The notes under the pieces were generated by a model. It ran no database searches and was not told the origin of the DNA. It saw nothing but the letters and a program-made list of their open reading frames with translations. From Jimgerdemannia flammicorona (taxonomy: Eukaryota): a stretch of DNA of 35,758 nucleotides. The DNA lies in the NCBI GenBank assembly GCA_003990765.1, contig RBNJ01000241.1:1-35758 (forward strand), in the 5' to 3' direction. Shown piece after piece: positions 34,756 to 35,758 of the stretch. A program made the translations under genes and the position numbers. Position 1 is the first letter of the stretch. Each line of letters opens with the position of its first letter.

Positions 34756-35758
34756 ACTTCAATGCCCCTCAGTTCAATCGCAACGACGAAGGCCATCTGG
34801 GCGTGAACGATGACAACAGGGTGCATGACAGAATTCGAACTTATGTGTGTGCTGCATCAGATGGACTTGGGTTTGGTTCGCCCGTGTCTCGGAGAATGTT
34901 CTCGTGAGGTGAAGGGTGTCAGAATAGTAGAGAAGAATTGTCATGTCGTCATTGCAGTCGCAGAAGCGTCGTATTTTTATCATGAAGGCTTAGTGTCGTC
35001 GTCAGTTGGTTCAATCCAGTTGCGAAAACTCAAAAAATTCAAATCCCACGGCGACTTCAGCGTTGCCACATATTCTATGCTGTGACGACAGCACACCCAA
35101 TGAGAAGCCAGGGTTTAGGAGGAATAGCTAATGCCGAAGAGCAACAAAGGTCCCCCGCACAATTAACAAAACTCCCTCCCATCGCATACCCTTCCCGTTC
35201 AGATATATCAGATCAATAGATCAATTACTCCCCCGTTTCTCTTTTCTCTGATACCAACATATCAACGAGCAACATGTTGTTTCGCTCTCTCCCTACGACT
35301 TTCCCTGTCAAATTTGCTCACGTCACACGACGAACCAACCACCTCGTGCCGTTGACTTTCTGGGATACACCCTACCCTATAAACGACTAATTATACATAT
35401 ATATACAAGTCGGAGTGTCGGCGAGGGCGCACGGTGGTTGATTGGTGTATTTGACAGGTTTGTAAGCTCAGAATATGGTACAATCACCAAGTCGCGTTCG
35501 TTGTTTGTAAATTCTCTTTTTCGACCCCTGATCTCGGAGTATCACCATAGCATTGTACATTTATGGATTATTACTTATTGTTTTCCCAACATATGTGCCA
35601 CGACACCCACGAAGGCTTAGTGTCGTTGCTGATAAACCTAGTCGGTTCAATGCTGTTCCGAAAACTCGAGGCATTCGAATCTCACGGCGACTTCGACGTG
35701 ACCACAAATTAGAAACAAATAGTGAGAAACCAGGGGTATTATGAGGGACATTGAAAAA

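Overview
Eukaryotic, intron-containing DNA, most likely from an early-diverging fungus (Mucoromycota-like; inferred from gene and TE styles, not proven). Left arm (1-12 kb): a fragmented ankyrin-repeat gene, an apparently intact 4-exon TRP-like cation channel gene (~1395 aa) and a decayed Mpd1/PDIA6-like protein disulfide isomerase gene. From ~12.06 to ~33.2 kb lies a CpG-depleted nest of retroelements. A solo LTR (12151-13319) sits next to an old, hypermutated L1/Tx1-like LINE (13324-32794, +). That LINE is split inside its RT by a full-length Ty3/Gypsy element (14540-30987; ~1.5 kb LTRs, 4-bp TSD GTAT, tRNA-Pro-type PBS). The Gypsy element is in turn interrupted just before its protease by a younger full-length related LINE (18104-23920, -, 15-bp TSD). 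The Gypsy element is unusually complex: an AT-hook-like motif, a Cys/His-rich accessory region with a Zn2Cys6-like half motif, a complete dUTPase plus a dUTPase-like remnant, and a candidate extra ORF in the env position. The young LINE has complementary 5' and 3' ends. All calls were made by eye; no database searches were run.
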